This document shows, in pieces, positions 40,901 through 50,264 of a DNA stretch of 64,000 nt. Below the pieces are notes generated by a model. The model worked only from the letters and a program-made list of their open reading frames with translations, searched no databases and was not told the DNA's origin. Origin of the DNA: Spirochaetia bacterium (GTDB lineage Bacteria; Spirochaetota; Spirochaetia; SP-2023). Position numbers and translations under genes: made by a program. How positions within the stretch are numbered: position 1 is the first letter of the stretch; each line of letters starts with the position of its first letter. The stretch is taken from contig CBDDCK010000005.1 of assembly GCA_965225855.1 (NCBI GenBank), positions 640,001-704,000 on the forward strand, given 5' to 3'.

Positions 40901-41457
40901 GCCTTTTTGCGTTGGTAGAGCCATGTACCCAAAGTAGCGTCTTGTGCCAAGGTTTGCTCCAACTTACGAATGCGCTGTAAATTGGCGCGCTCTTCCTTCT
41001 CTTTTTCTGTTGCTTTGTCTTCAGTTTTACTTTGTTTCCGATTACTTTGGTAGCCACGCCTCTGGCACAAGTGGAATAAAGCCCGCCCAAGTTCGTAAGG
41101 TTTTAGCTCTTGCTTCACCGCTAAAGAGCGCAATCGGTATGGGTCTTGTTTCATCAAGCTTGTATTTTCTGGGCTGTTGGGTGGTGGCAATAGCCCTTGT
41201 TGTTGTAGTTCTTTGGCAAATTTAGCCACGCGCCGTTTTAACCTACGTAGTCTGCGCCGACTACCTCTAGCCTCACGGCGAGCTACAGCTAACGAAGAAT
41301 CTTTTTCATCTCGACCATCACTAAATATACGCACTCCAGCCGTTTCTAACTGCTTTAGCGTATAAGTCTTTTTGTTTGCTTCTTTAGCATCTAGGCTCCA
41401 AATAGACCAGCCTATAGAATTTGTTCCTAGGTCTAAACCTAAGCGGTAAGGTTTCAT
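37915..41457 (-). CDS. cas9: Type II-C Cas9 (1180 aa)
   Basis: RuvC-I LGLDLGTNSIGW, Arg-rich bridge helix, NPTVHVALNQ, HNH EIEHILPFSRTLDN..N..CN..KG, RuvC-III HHAIDA; no csn2 or cas4. Confidence 0.97.
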   Translation of the reverse strand: MKPYRLGLDLGTNSIGWSIWSLDAKEANKKTYTLKQLETAGVRIFSDGRDEKDSSLAVARREARGSRRRLRRLKRRVAKFAKELQQQGLLPPPNSPENTSLMKQDPYRLRSLAVKQELKPYELGRALFHLCQRRGYQSNRKQSKTEDKATEKEKEERANLQRIRKLEQTLAQDATLGTWLYQRKKAKQSVRFRNDKATTAAGEQNTQADIGDFYANRQMYRDEFRAIRQQQSQYPAFENINWDTLEQILFYQRPLQKPERGKCWYYEDEDRAYKSQPSSERLRIAQNVLNLRMIDEHGSQISLNNQERLQLYNKLCNCKSMTFKAIRKMFGWSENITFNLEKNRKEELEGAVVNVEMQKPEFFGKEHWHKLNLEEQDSLCEKVMLFTYAKDNEQDKLLQPFRELGLSEQQCQALFAYELPTGTTELSACLQREVLHYLLEQYPDDGGATHLQKLRVDKQKKSQLLPTLPYYGAAMPESCYPLKKLQKNKPGLEINSDEAKYGRIGNPTVHVALNQVRKVVNDIIGHYGLPDEVVVELGRDLKNSRKAKAEISKLQNENKKQNERRNKELRENYNIHYPSRDDRRKLQLYEELALKNTTAKCPYCGVKIPASDLFSPDNRVEIEHILPFSRTLDNGMANLTLSHTACNRQKGDRSPYEAFGHDAERWQRIKQATGNLPKNKQEHFTAEAMKRYESDDHFLARQTTDNAYIARKAMQYLQSICPQVWASNGHITEMLRDNLNLNSLLNENPKHKKKNRNDHRHHAIDAIVVAMIDRSLLKRLSGYFAFSQDQLLGKEAEELKTAKRRQRYAMQRMAGERQGLRQQIETVVSSIIVSHKQDHSHNSAMFAETANGLIYKAISAIDGKTLRENLPLLVRPEQAHWLLDYIATRPETNPAQAQNTKANCKKQQELQGSISELRQIAATIKPQRGQLLQLEQETQALLQRTQKGPLGKLWNEGHKAFALEHPKIGLRYWHGYFVNSKLLSGITEKDCEPLEQGYQGPVDDGLRTRLKEAYQAQQSDGDKKLSWESFIKDYGAKHGIKKVRYIPKDQTLVQPKTSSPQYYMPDGYAYCDIWRTVNGSKAEYKVTFTSYYQAQRKQEQTAPDSAEHLTRLYKNDTLYSKADGQYYLVKGYSATNDKLDIRPLIEANSPQKYKVISKIFGDEMQCQAVYISPGGWVRHR

Positions 41458-41505
41458 GATAATAGCTCCTTTGGGATTATTTTATAAAAAATGTGCGATA
41501 ATTAC

Positions 41506-41534
41506 TTGTCAAAACATCGTAATTTGTATAGTAT
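41506..41534 (+). promoter_or_regulatory. Sigma70-like promoter for tracrRNA
   Basis: TTGTCA-17 bp-TAGTAT, 7 bp upstream of the anti-repeat. Confidence 0.7.
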
Positions 41535-41541
41535 AGCTTCC

Positions 41542-41665
41542 GTTGAACCGAATTGAAAACAGGTATGCTTGGGCTATACGCTTAGCTGCCAACAAGCCTT
41601 GTAAGAGGCGCAAAATTATGGCTTAACTTCAATTAGTTTCCTTTTTGAAGTTAAGCCAGTTTTTT
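41542..41665 (+). ncRNA. tracrRNA
   Basis: GTTGAACCGAATTGAAAACAGGTATGC...CTGCCAAC complementary to the repeat; short nexus-like hairpin; terminator TGGCTTAACTTCAA/TTGAAGTTAAGCCA plus T-run. Confidence 0.9.
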
Positions 41666-41691
41666 ATTTCTTTTATTGAACATAAAAAATG

Positions 41692-41742
41692 GAGCTTTAA
41701 AACTTGCGCTTATGCTTATTACTTGCGGCGGTTTTAAAGCTC
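41692..41742 (-). terminator. Hairpin downstream of the osmoprotectant ABC operon
   Basis: GAGCTTTAAAAC ... GTTTTAAAGCTC. Confidence 0.5.
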
Positions 41743-41755
41743 TTATAAAAATAAT

Positions 41756-42646
41756 TTACTGAATTAAGCCTTTCGCTTTTAGGAACTTGAATGCAACTTC
41801 CTTTGGCTCTAATCTATTTTCTTCTACATCGTAGTTCATGGCCGTCATTTCAGAATCATTGATCCTACCGCTTAATTGAGAGATAATCTCTTCTAGCTCG
41901 GGCAGACGCTCTAAAGTCTTTTGATGTACCACTGGTACAGCATAGTACGGTGGAAAAAAGTTTAAATCATCTTCAAGAATCTTCATGTCAAAACGCTTGA
42001 GTTTTGCGTCTGTAGAATAAGCATCGGTATAGTCTGCTTGCTCTTCGATAATTGCTTGGTATCTTAAACCAATTTCTAACTGTATCATTGGTTGCTCTGG
42101 TTTAAAACCGTAAGCGGCAAACATTGGCTCTGCTCCATCGCTATCACGGGCAATAAATTCACTGTCAAAGCCAGCTATTAAGTCTAAATGATTTTTCAAG
42201 TCTGAAATTTTGGTAATGCTCAATTGCTCGGCACGGGTGCGCAACATGGCAATTGCATAAGTATTGTTGAAGCCAAAGGGCTCAAATACTTTCCCTTGGT
42301 ATTCATTGCTAATTGCTTCTTGCACAATGCGCAATGTTTCATCTTGGCCAGCTTTATCTTGCTTCTTTAGGATTGCTTGATAAATAGTGCCGGTATAATC
42401 TGGATAAATATCGACATTGCCAGATTGGAATGCTTGCCATACTATAGAAGTAGTTCCCATATTGGGTTTTAAATCAACTTCAATATCACTTTTAGCTTGT
42501 ACCAGTTCTGCAAGAATATGGCTTAAAATAATATTTTCTGTGTAATTTTTAGAAGCAATAGTTACTGTTCTACTGTTCTGATTAGAATTACAAGAAGCTA
42601 TTGACAAAATAGCCGTAAATAGGACTAAAATTTTCCATTGAATCAT
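41756..42646 (-). CDS. Glycine betaine/osmoprotectant ABC transporter substrate-binding lipoprotein (OpuCC/OsmX-like)
   Basis: Lipobox IASC; ASKNYTE, YPDYTGT, GFNNTYA, FFPPY motifs. Confidence 0.9.
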   Translation of the reverse strand: MIQWKILVLFTAILSIASCNSNQNSRTVTIASKNYTENIILSHILAELVQAKSDIEVDLKPNMGTTSIVWQAFQSGNVDIYPDYTGTIYQAILKKQDKAGQDETLRIVQEAISNEYQGKVFEPFGFNNTYAIAMLRTRAEQLSITKISDLKNHLDLIAGFDSEFIARDSDGAEPMFAAYGFKPEQPMIQLEIGLRYQAIIEEQADYTDAYSTDAKLKRFDMKILEDDLNFFPPYYAVPVVHQKTLERLPELEEIISQLSGRINDSEMTAMNYDVEENRLEPKEVAFKFLKAKGLIQ

Positions 42647-42758
42647 AGTGATTTCCTTTCCTTTTAATAAAAAAATTGTAAACAAAAATTCATAATTCGA
42701 TGATTCATAGCAGTTATATAAAAGGCATTGTTCCTCCAGTAAATTGTATTTTGTATGC

Positions 42759-43382
42759 CTAATAACGGCTTAAGATTTTGCCACAGAAGATAAGTAGTGT
42801 ATCCAGCAAAACAGCTAGTAATGCCGATGGAATGGCTCCTGCTAAAATTAAATTGTTGTCTAGTACAGAGATTCCCCGAAAGATAAAGGTCCCTAGGGCT
42901 CCTGCTCCAATTGAGGCTACTAGCGTGGCGATACCGACACAAGTTACCGTTGCAACTCGAACGCCTGTGATAATCACCGGTAAAGCCAAGGGAATTTGTA
43001 CTTTAAATAAAATTTGCCATTTATTCATGCCCACACCAGTAGCACTTTCTATAATTGCAGGGTCAATTTGTTTTATACCAATGATCGTGTTTTGCACAAT
43101 AACCAGTAGAGAATAAATGACCAATGCGATAATGCTGGGCTTTAGTCCAATGCCTGCAATGGGAATTAAAAAGCCCAGTAGAGCAAGGCTGGGTATGGTT
43201 TGCATAATACCTAAGATATATTGTACAGGTGGTGCTGCTCTGCGAAAATGCACTAATAATAAGCCCAATGGAACACCGATCAACACGGCGATCAATACAG
43301 ATAGCACTGTAATTTGTAAATGTTCTGCTGTCCGCAGCATAACCTCATCAATATTTTTTACAAAGTAGACCCCAAAATTCAT
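42759..43382 (-). CDS. Osmoprotectant ABC transporter permease
   Basis: QTIPSLALLG, EAA-like loop ESATGVGM, IGAGALG. Confidence 0.9.
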   Translation of the reverse strand: MNFGVYFVKNIDEVMLRTAEHLQITVLSVLIAVLIGVPLGLLLVHFRRAAPPVQYILGIMQTIPSLALLGFLIPIAGIGLKPSIIALVIYSLLVIVQNTIIGIKQIDPAIIESATGVGMNKWQILFKVQIPLALPVIITGVRVATVTCVGIATLVASIGAGALGTFIFRGISVLDNNLILAGAIPSALLAVLLDTLLIFCGKILSRY

Positions 43383-44125
43383 TCTTTGATCTCCTCTTTT
43401 AGTATGCTTAAGTGGCGTGCGATAAAACGCTCGACAAACTCATTGGCTGGTTCATGTATAATTTGTTTTTTCGTACCAATTTGAGCAATTTCTCCTCCTT
43501 CAAATAGGCAGATTCTATCACCAATAGTAAAAGCTTCATGTATATCATGAGTAACAAAAATAATGGTTTTTTGGATTAGATGTTTTACAGATGAAAATTC
43601 TTCTTGAATTTCCTCACGAGTAATTGGGTCTAAAGCCCCAAAGGGTTCGTCCATCAATATAATATCTGGGTTGCCTATTAGTGCCCGTCCTACACCAATG
43701 CGCTGGCGTTGCCCTCCGGATAATTGGCGCGGCTTGCGTTTGAGTAAACTTTTATCAATTTGCAAAAGGTTAATAATATTTTCAAGCCATTTTTTAGTCT
43801 CTTCTGGTTGCCAATTTAGCAATTTGGGAACTACGACCAAGTTATCATGAATATTCATGTGCGGAAACAAACCAATATTTTGAAAAACATAGCCGATGTT
43901 TCGGCGTAATTTTATGGGGTTCCAGTCGAGAATTGATCTCCCTTTAATTAGAATATCCCCAGAATCAAAGGGAATTAAGCGATTTATCATTTTTAGAGTA
44001 GTCGTTTTACCACAGCCGCTGCGCCCCAACAGTACTAATGTTTGGCCTTTTTCAACGTGGAATGAAACATCTCTAATAGCATGGCTCTTGCCATAAAATT
44101 TATTTACATCTTTGAGTTCTATCAT
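43379..44125 (-). CDS. Osmoprotectant ABC transporter ATP-binding protein
   Basis: GRSGCGKTT, LSGGQRQR, MDEPFGALDP, VTHD. Confidence 0.92.
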   Translation of the reverse strand: MIELKDVNKFYGKSHAIRDVSFHVEKGQTLVLLGRSGCGKTTTLKMINRLIPFDSGDILIKGRSILDWNPIKLRRNIGYVFQNIGLFPHMNIHDNLVVVPKLLNWQPEETKKWLENIINLLQIDKSLLKRKPRQLSGGQRQRIGVGRALIGNPDIILMDEPFGALDPITREEIQEEFSSVKHLIQKTIIFVTHDIHEAFTIGDRICLFEGGEIAQIGTKKQIIHEPANEFVERFIARHLSILKEEIKE

Positions 44126-44349
44126 AAAAAATTTTCCTTTTTAATATTAGAATTGGTATAAAAATCTTAGGGACTGCATTCTATTCTATAAGTAATATCA
44201 CAGTAAGTCTAATGCAGCAGAAAAGTTGTGCTTATTTACTTTCGTGGAACTATAGCTTTCGGTTTTAAAGGGGGTAGAGCTTCGGGGAGACAAATGCCCA
44301 AATAATAAGATAGTTCAAGCACTAGATTTTATATAGATGGACAGGACAG

Positions 44350-46194
44350 CTATATGTCTGTATCTTGGCTCTTTAAAGCTGCTAAAAAGGCACTTTGCGG
44401 CAACTCGACAGAGCCGATCATTTTCATGCGCTTTTTGCCTTCTTTTTGCTTTTCTAACAATTTCTTTTTACGTGTGATGTCCCCACCATAGCATTTGGCT
44501 GTAACATCTTTGCGCAATGCATTGATTGTTTCACGAGCGATAATGGTAGCGCCAATTGCGGCTTGGATCGGGATTTTAAACTGTTGGCGTGGTATTTCTT
44601 TACTCAATTTTTCACAAATACTTCGACCCCGCCTTTGAGCATTGGTTTTGTGTGTCAACAAGGTTAAAGCATCGACAATGTCTCCATTGATCAAAATATC
44701 CACTTTATTGAGTTCTGTTACTTGGTAGTTAAGCAGTTCGTAGTCAAAAGAAGCATAACCTCGGCTCACGGATTTTAATTTATCGTAAAAATCAAATAGT
44801 ATTTCACCAAGAGGCATTTCATAGATTAGCTCTACACGTTTTATATCCAGATAGTTCATATTTTTTTGTAGGCCACGCTTCTGGCTACAAAGTGTCATCA
44901 AACCACCCAAATAATCTTCCGGCGTGATAATACTAGCTTGAATATAGGGCTCTTCTACCATTTTAAATGTGTTGGGTTTGGGGTAGAGTGCAGGGTTATC
45001 CAAATACCATTGGCTATCGTCATTGTTAGTAATTCGGTAGCGTACGGAAGGGGCCGTTAGTAAAATGTTTAGCCCAAATTCAGTTTCCAAGCGTTCTTGG
45101 ATTACTTCCAAATGCAATAAGCCTAAAAAACCACAGCGAAAGCCAAATCCTAAGACTGCCGAGGCATCTTTTTCATAAGTCAATGAAGCATCGTTCAAAG
45201 CCAGCTTTTCCATGGCTTTAATTAAGTCGTCATAGAGATTGCTATCTACCGGATAGATGGAAGAAAATACCACAGGCTTGACTGGTTTAAAACCTGCAAG
45301 CGGTTCATCTGCTGGGTTGGCTGCCAGTGTAATGGTATCTCCTACGGTAACTTCGTTGATATTCTTTACATTGCCTATTAGGAAACCTGCTTCACCAGCG
45401 CTTAAACTAATGCTAGAAACAAGCTTGATTTGAAAATAGCCTAAATCTTCCACATCATACTCTGCTTCTTTACCTTTTTGGCCGTGCATCAAACGGAAGC
45501 GTTGGCCTTTGCGCAGTTCTCCTTGGAAAACTCGCAAATGCAACACTACACCTCTATATGGGTCGTAATGGCTATCGAAAATTAAAGCTTTTAAAGCAGC
45601 TTGGCGGTTTCCTTGTAGCGGGGCTGGGCAATGCAGAATAATTCCTTCCAGTAAATCGACAACGCCTAGACCCGTCTTAGCCGACACGGAAAATATTAAT
45701 TCGGTGTTTAATCCTAAATCTTGTTCAATTTGTGTGGTAATTGCTGGTACATCGGCACTGGGTAAATCTACTTTATTTAGTACTGGTATAATCTCTAAAT
45801 TTTGCTCTAAAGCAATGTAAAAGTTTGCCAAAGTCTGGGCTTCAATCCCTTGGGTTGCATCTACCAATAGCAATGCCCCTTCACATGAAGCAATGGCCCG
45901 CGACACTTCGTAAGAAAAATCGACATGCCCCGGTGTGTCAATAAAATTGAGGCAGTACTCTAACCCATCACCTTTTGTTTGGTACAACATGGTAACCGCT
46001 TGGGATTTAATCGTAATGCCGCGCTCGCGCTCAATATCCATGGAATCAAGCAACTGGTTTTGAAATTCTCGGTCGGAAACTAACTTGGTTTCCTGAATAA
46101 AGCGATCTGCTAAGGTTGATTTACCATGGTCAATATGTGCAATAATACAAAAGTTTCGGATTCTTTCAGAAGGAAAGGGGAATTTAGCTGCCAT
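44350..46194 (-). CDS. lepA: Elongation factor 4 (LepA)
   Basis: IRNFCIIAHIDHGKST, GFRCGFLGLLH, KCYGGDITRKKKLLEKQK. Confidence 0.98.
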   Translation of the reverse strand: MAAKFPFPSERIRNFCIIAHIDHGKSTLADRFIQETKLVSDREFQNQLLDSMDIERERGITIKSQAVTMLYQTKGDGLEYCLNFIDTPGHVDFSYEVSRAIASCEGALLLVDATQGIEAQTLANFYIALEQNLEIIPVLNKVDLPSADVPAITTQIEQDLGLNTELIFSVSAKTGLGVVDLLEGIILHCPAPLQGNRQAALKALIFDSHYDPYRGVVLHLRVFQGELRKGQRFRLMHGQKGKEAEYDVEDLGYFQIKLVSSISLSAGEAGFLIGNVKNINEVTVGDTITLAANPADEPLAGFKPVKPVVFSSIYPVDSNLYDDLIKAMEKLALNDASLTYEKDASAVLGFGFRCGFLGLLHLEVIQERLETEFGLNILLTAPSVRYRITNNDDSQWYLDNPALYPKPNTFKMVEEPYIQASIITPEDYLGGLMTLCSQKRGLQKNMNYLDIKRVELIYEMPLGEILFDFYDKLKSVSRGYASFDYELLNYQVTELNKVDILINGDIVDALTLLTHKTNAQRRGRSICEKLSKEIPRQQFKIPIQAAIGATIIARETINALRKDVTAKCYGGDITRKKKLLEKQKEGKKRMKMIGSVELPQSAFLAALKSQDTDI

Positions 46195-46623
46195 AATTTT
46201 ATTTCTAGTATAGTGCTCTAATGATAGATAGGCAAGCTTGATTTGATGTTTATTTTTACAACAGAATTATTCCCGTGTTGTGCTATAGTTTTGATAATTG
46301 GATTTAAGGCCAAAGAGCTTGATAGCCCGCTGCTTTAAAGATGTTGCTGTTTTTTGTTTTAATGGGGATAAAAGTTTTTCTGCTTAGTCTGTATTTATCT
46401 TCGTGTCTTATGGAAGGTGGATGGAATCCAAATAGAAACTACTATCATTTATTTTAGCACTAAAATAAAATTTCTCATCGGACTACAAGAGAATATTACT
46501 TCAAACTAGGCAGTATCTTCTTGCTGGATTAAAAGATGTTCTAACTTAGGGGCTAATTGTTTTGTTGACTAGGCCATCAACACTATAGTAAACCCAATCT
46601 TAAACCGCTATAGTCAAGGTCAT

Positions 46624-48267
46624 TTATTGGGGCTGTTGGCTGGCAAACAATTCTATTTGTGCCAAGGCTTGGGTTTTTAGCATTGCGCTGCCATTTAAGG
46701 CCCAGGCCCCAGCCTGTTGGGCCCGCTGCAAAAATATAGTAAGTGGCGGCTGGTAGATAAGGTCATAAGCCAATTGCCCTGCTGAAAACTGATATGCTGG
46801 GATAGGGTCTTCCGTGCTATTGTGTCTATGGCTCATACCTACATTAGTGGTTTGAATAATCCAATTGCAATCGCCAGAAATATTGACCCCTTGTTGTAGA
46901 GCACACACTTTCCCTATGTTGCTGACTAGCTTGGCATAGCGGAATAGAGCCTCTAGCTCTTGGGCTTTAGCTATCGTCCTGTTGTGAATCTCGCAGTCTA
47001 CCCCATAGCTGAGCAAGGCATAGACGGCTGCACGGGCGGCCCCTCCCGCGCCAATAATGGCAGCTTTTTGGCCCCGTATGGGTAATTGCTGCTGTGCGCA
47101 AAATGCGAGTAGTGGCTGCATAAAGCCTTCTATATCGGTATTATCGGCCAACCAATGGCCATTTCTCTGTTGGTAAAAGGTATTGCTAGCCCCGAGCAGG
47201 TATACGCTAGGACTGGCCTGATCGCATGCCATGGCCCTTTGGGCCAGCGTTTCCTTGTGTGGTATGGTGCATGAGAGCCCTTTAATCGGCAGTAGCTCTC
47301 GCAAGGCCAAAAAAGGCTCTAGCTTATCCACGCGGAAGCGCAAGTAGCAGGCATTCCAACCGTATTGCTGGTAAATGGGGTTGTGGAGCTGGGGCGAATG
47401 GCTGTGGGCCACTGGGTCGCCGATAACACCGTAAATAGAGGTTGCTTCGTCAATATTGCGGTAGTGGTAACTTTCTAGTAACTCCTTTAGCTGGAATTGG
47501 CCGGGCGCAATGGCTGGGGTATGGGAGCTAGTACAAAACGTCCATTCACTGCCAATATGGGCGGACAATACACGGCTTGAGCTGCCAAATTCTCCCATGG
47601 CCAGCAAAATATAGGGTGCATGGTAGGACTGTTTCATATCCATAGCAAACTGATAAAAGCGCAATAGTTCTTGGGAATTGCTTACCATCAAGGCCAGCTT
47701 CACTATGGCCTTTTGGGAAAAGTCTCTTACTAACTGCTTTAATTGCGCTACCAGTTTATGCAGCTCTTCGTTGTTGGGCAAAGCCCCAAATTCATGAAGG
47801 GATACAATTAGCTGGTCTTGTGGTAACTGCTGCAAAAGAGGCTGGGCCAGTGTTGGCTGCCGTTGCTCTACAACCCGTTGCAGTAGGTGGGCGTCTAAAT
47901 CCAAATAGGTTGGGGCTTGGGGTTGTTGGGCTTGGGCCAAAGCCAAGTAGCACTGCTCGACAATGTTTAGATATTCACCATCGGCCATAGAGTTGGGGCA
48001 GTGGCCACCGTCTTGGATTTTGCGTAGCGTTAGGATTAGTGGGACGTCAATGCTGCAATTGGCCAAATCCCAGCACAATCGCTGTAAGCTGGCTTCCAAG
48101 GCAGGTGGGTTGGTAAAGTTCAGCATAAAGTCCAGCCGTATTTCGGCTAAGTCTAGGCTTGGGTCAAAATAGTGCTGTGCTTGCTCGGCTTGTAGCTGCG
48201 CTAATGCTTCAGCTAAGGTTGCGCAGTTTAGGCATAAGCAGGCTCTATTCTTTGCGGTCGGCTGCAT
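46624..48267 (-). CDS. Bifunctional type I 3-dehydroquinate dehydratase / shikimate dehydrogenase (AroDE)
   Basis: N-terminal EIRLD, LTLR, SLH, KLA, AMGE.G..SR, APGQ; C-terminal GDPVAHSHSP, TIPHK, NTDIEG, GAGGAARA. Confidence 0.88.
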   Translation of the reverse strand: MQPTAKNRACLCLNCATLAEALAQLQAEQAQHYFDPSLDLAEIRLDFMLNFTNPPALEASLQRLCWDLANCSIDVPLILTLRKIQDGGHCPNSMADGEYLNIVEQCYLALAQAQQPQAPTYLDLDAHLLQRVVEQRQPTLAQPLLQQLPQDQLIVSLHEFGALPNNEELHKLVAQLKQLVRDFSQKAIVKLALMVSNSQELLRFYQFAMDMKQSYHAPYILLAMGEFGSSSRVLSAHIGSEWTFCTSSHTPAIAPGQFQLKELLESYHYRNIDEATSIYGVIGDPVAHSHSPQLHNPIYQQYGWNACYLRFRVDKLEPFLALRELLPIKGLSCTIPHKETLAQRAMACDQASPSVYLLGASNTFYQQRNGHWLADNTDIEGFMQPLLAFCAQQQLPIRGQKAAIIGAGGAARAAVYALLSYGVDCEIHNRTIAKAQELEALFRYAKLVSNIGKVCALQQGVNISGDCNWIIQTTNVGMSHRHNSTEDPIPAYQFSAGQLAYDLIYQPPLTIFLQRAQQAGAWALNGSAMLKTQALAQIELFASQQPQ

Positions 48268-48284
48268 TATTGTCGGCTGAACCT

Positions 48285-50165
48285 TTAGTTATTTTTCTTG
48301 CTAAAGAGTTTTTTCCAGCGTTGCTTTAGGCTAGTCTTCTGGGGTTGTTGGGCTGTATCCTTGGTAGTATCGGGGGCTGCGGGACTTGCAGGGCTAGAAA
48401 ATTTTTGCTGCTTTGGCTGGGTTGTGGTTTCTTGCCGATTGGCTTGGGTGTCTATTGGCTTGCGCTGTGCTTGTTTGGGTTCCCGCTTTTGCGTTTGGTT
48501 TAGCTGGGTTGTTTGTGGCTCTTTTTGCTGTGGTAGCCGCTGTTGTCTGTGTTTCCTTCTTTTGTGAGCAGCATCATCTGGCTTTGCCATAGCGTTAGAA
48601 GTATTGGTGCTACTATCTTGGAGGGCACCAAAATCTTCCCCATACTTTTGCTGGTAATACTTTAGGCGTTCATTTGGGTCTTTAGGTGGCATTTTGGAGG
48701 GTATTCGAGCCTCACTGTGAGCACCCTCATGTTTGCTTTTTCTAGCCGTGGTGTGGTGGTGCCGGTTGCGGTTTTCTCTACTGGAACGCTGTCGTTCGGG
48801 CTGCCTTCTCGGCTTTCTGCTGCCTCTATCTTCAAAATTCCTACTGTGGTTGGCTTGTGTTCTACGCCCTGTACTGCGTTCTGAACTCAGCTGTGTGTTG
48901 CGCTTTGCACTAAGCTCTGAATGGTTTTCAGCCTCTCGCATAGATTCTCGGCCCCTGCTGTGTCGGCTCTTTTGGGGGGTAAGGGGCCTTTGGATTAGCT
49001 CTTCTTCTGGCAACCAAGCAACTGGAACTTTATCTTCAATATAGCGTTCAATATCGGTTAAGTTGTAGACGTAGTGTTCACAGGCCAAGCTAATGGCCTT
49101 ACCATGGGCTCCGGCTCTAGCAGTGCGACCAATGCGGTGGACATAATTTTCCGCTTCATCGGGTAGGTCATAGTTGATTACCATGGGCAGGCCGTCAATA
49201 TGCAGCCCACGCGACGCAACGTCGGTGGCTACTACAAAGCGCAGTCTACCTGCTTTTAATTGCCCTAAAATATGGGTGCGCTTGGGTTGTGGTAAGTCGC
49301 CTATCAAGAGTTTTACTTGGTAACCGTTGGCCCGCAGCCGGCCTTCTACAAAACTGGCAGCTCTCTTAGTATTGCAAAAGATAATTGCAGAGCTTGGTCC
49401 ATGTTTTTGAATCAAGCTTAGCAACAGGTTGAGTTTCTCTTTTTTACTGACGTGGTATAGCTCTTGTTCCACGTTTTTAGTGGTAATCTGCTCTGGCTCA
49501 ATAATAATCTCTGCTATTAGCCCTTCGCGCATAAATTCCCAAGTGAGATTGCCCACACGGGGGCTTAAAGTTGCACTGTAAAGCATGGTCAGTCGTTCTG
49601 CTGCTGGGGGGATTTGCTTCATAAGCCAGTGAACATCTTCGATAAAGCCCATATCCAACATACGGTCGGCTTCATCGAGCACCATGATTTGCACTTGGTT
49701 TAATAATAGTTGGCCTGATTTGGCTAAGTCTATAATGCGCCCTGGAGTCCCCGTAATAATTTGCACACCGCTACTTAGTTGGGTGTGCTGCTTTTCGTAA
49801 CCGACACCGCCGTAAAATGCGGCAATTTGCAAAGGCAAAAATTGTGCTAAGAGCTTAGCCTCTTGTACTATCTGTTGCGCCAATTCGCGCGTTGGGCTTA
49901 GGATAAGCATTTTTATATCTCCAGCAAAGGAGATTTTTTGATCATCATTGGCAGAGCCCATACGGTTGCGCTGGATTAATTCTTGCACCCCGCAGAGCAT
50001 AAAGGCTGCTGTTTTGCCAGTACCGGTTTGGGATTGTGCGTAAATATCTTTACCTTCAAAATATGCTGTAAAGCTTTGAGCTTGTACTGGGGTACAATCG
50101 ACAAAGCCAATTTCAGTGATCGCTTTTTGTAGTAAAGGTTGAAAGGGAAATTCTTCAAACTTCAT
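48285..50165 (-). CDS. DEAD-box RNA helicase (RhlB-like) with long basic/Gln-rich tail
   Basis: QTGTGKT, PTRELA, DEAD, SAT, HRIGRTAR. Confidence 0.93.
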   Translation of the reverse strand: MKFEEFPFQPLLQKAITEIGFVDCTPVQAQSFTAYFEGKDIYAQSQTGTGKTAAFMLCGVQELIQRNRMGSANDDQKISFAGDIKMLILSPTRELAQQIVQEAKLLAQFLPLQIAAFYGGVGYEKQHTQLSSGVQIITGTPGRIIDLAKSGQLLLNQVQIMVLDEADRMLDMGFIEDVHWLMKQIPPAAERLTMLYSATLSPRVGNLTWEFMREGLIAEIIIEPEQITTKNVEQELYHVSKKEKLNLLLSLIQKHGPSSAIIFCNTKRAASFVEGRLRANGYQVKLLIGDLPQPKRTHILGQLKAGRLRFVVATDVASRGLHIDGLPMVINYDLPDEAENYVHRIGRTARAGAHGKAISLACEHYVYNLTDIERYIEDKVPVAWLPEEELIQRPLTPQKSRHSRGRESMREAENHSELSAKRNTQLSSERSTGRRTQANHSRNFEDRGSRKPRRQPERQRSSRENRNRHHHTTARKSKHEGAHSEARIPSKMPPKDPNERLKYYQQKYGEDFGALQDSSTNTSNAMAKPDDAAHKRRKHRQQRLPQQKEPQTTQLNQTQKREPKQAQRKPIDTQANRQETTTQPKQQKFSSPASPAAPDTTKDTAQQPQKTSLKQRWKKLFSKKNN

Positions 50166-50264
50166 GTTTTATCCTATTTGGGCAATATTTTGGTAATATA
50201 TTGCTTGCGAGTAGTGGAGTCGTCCGTGTTTTGGAACTTTTAGAATATAGAGCAGAGATTGCTA

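Noticed and set aside
37915..41457. Nuclease-dead Cas9 as explanation for the self-matching spacer
   Set aside because: RuvC (D, E, H/D) and HNH (H, N) catalytic positions appear intact
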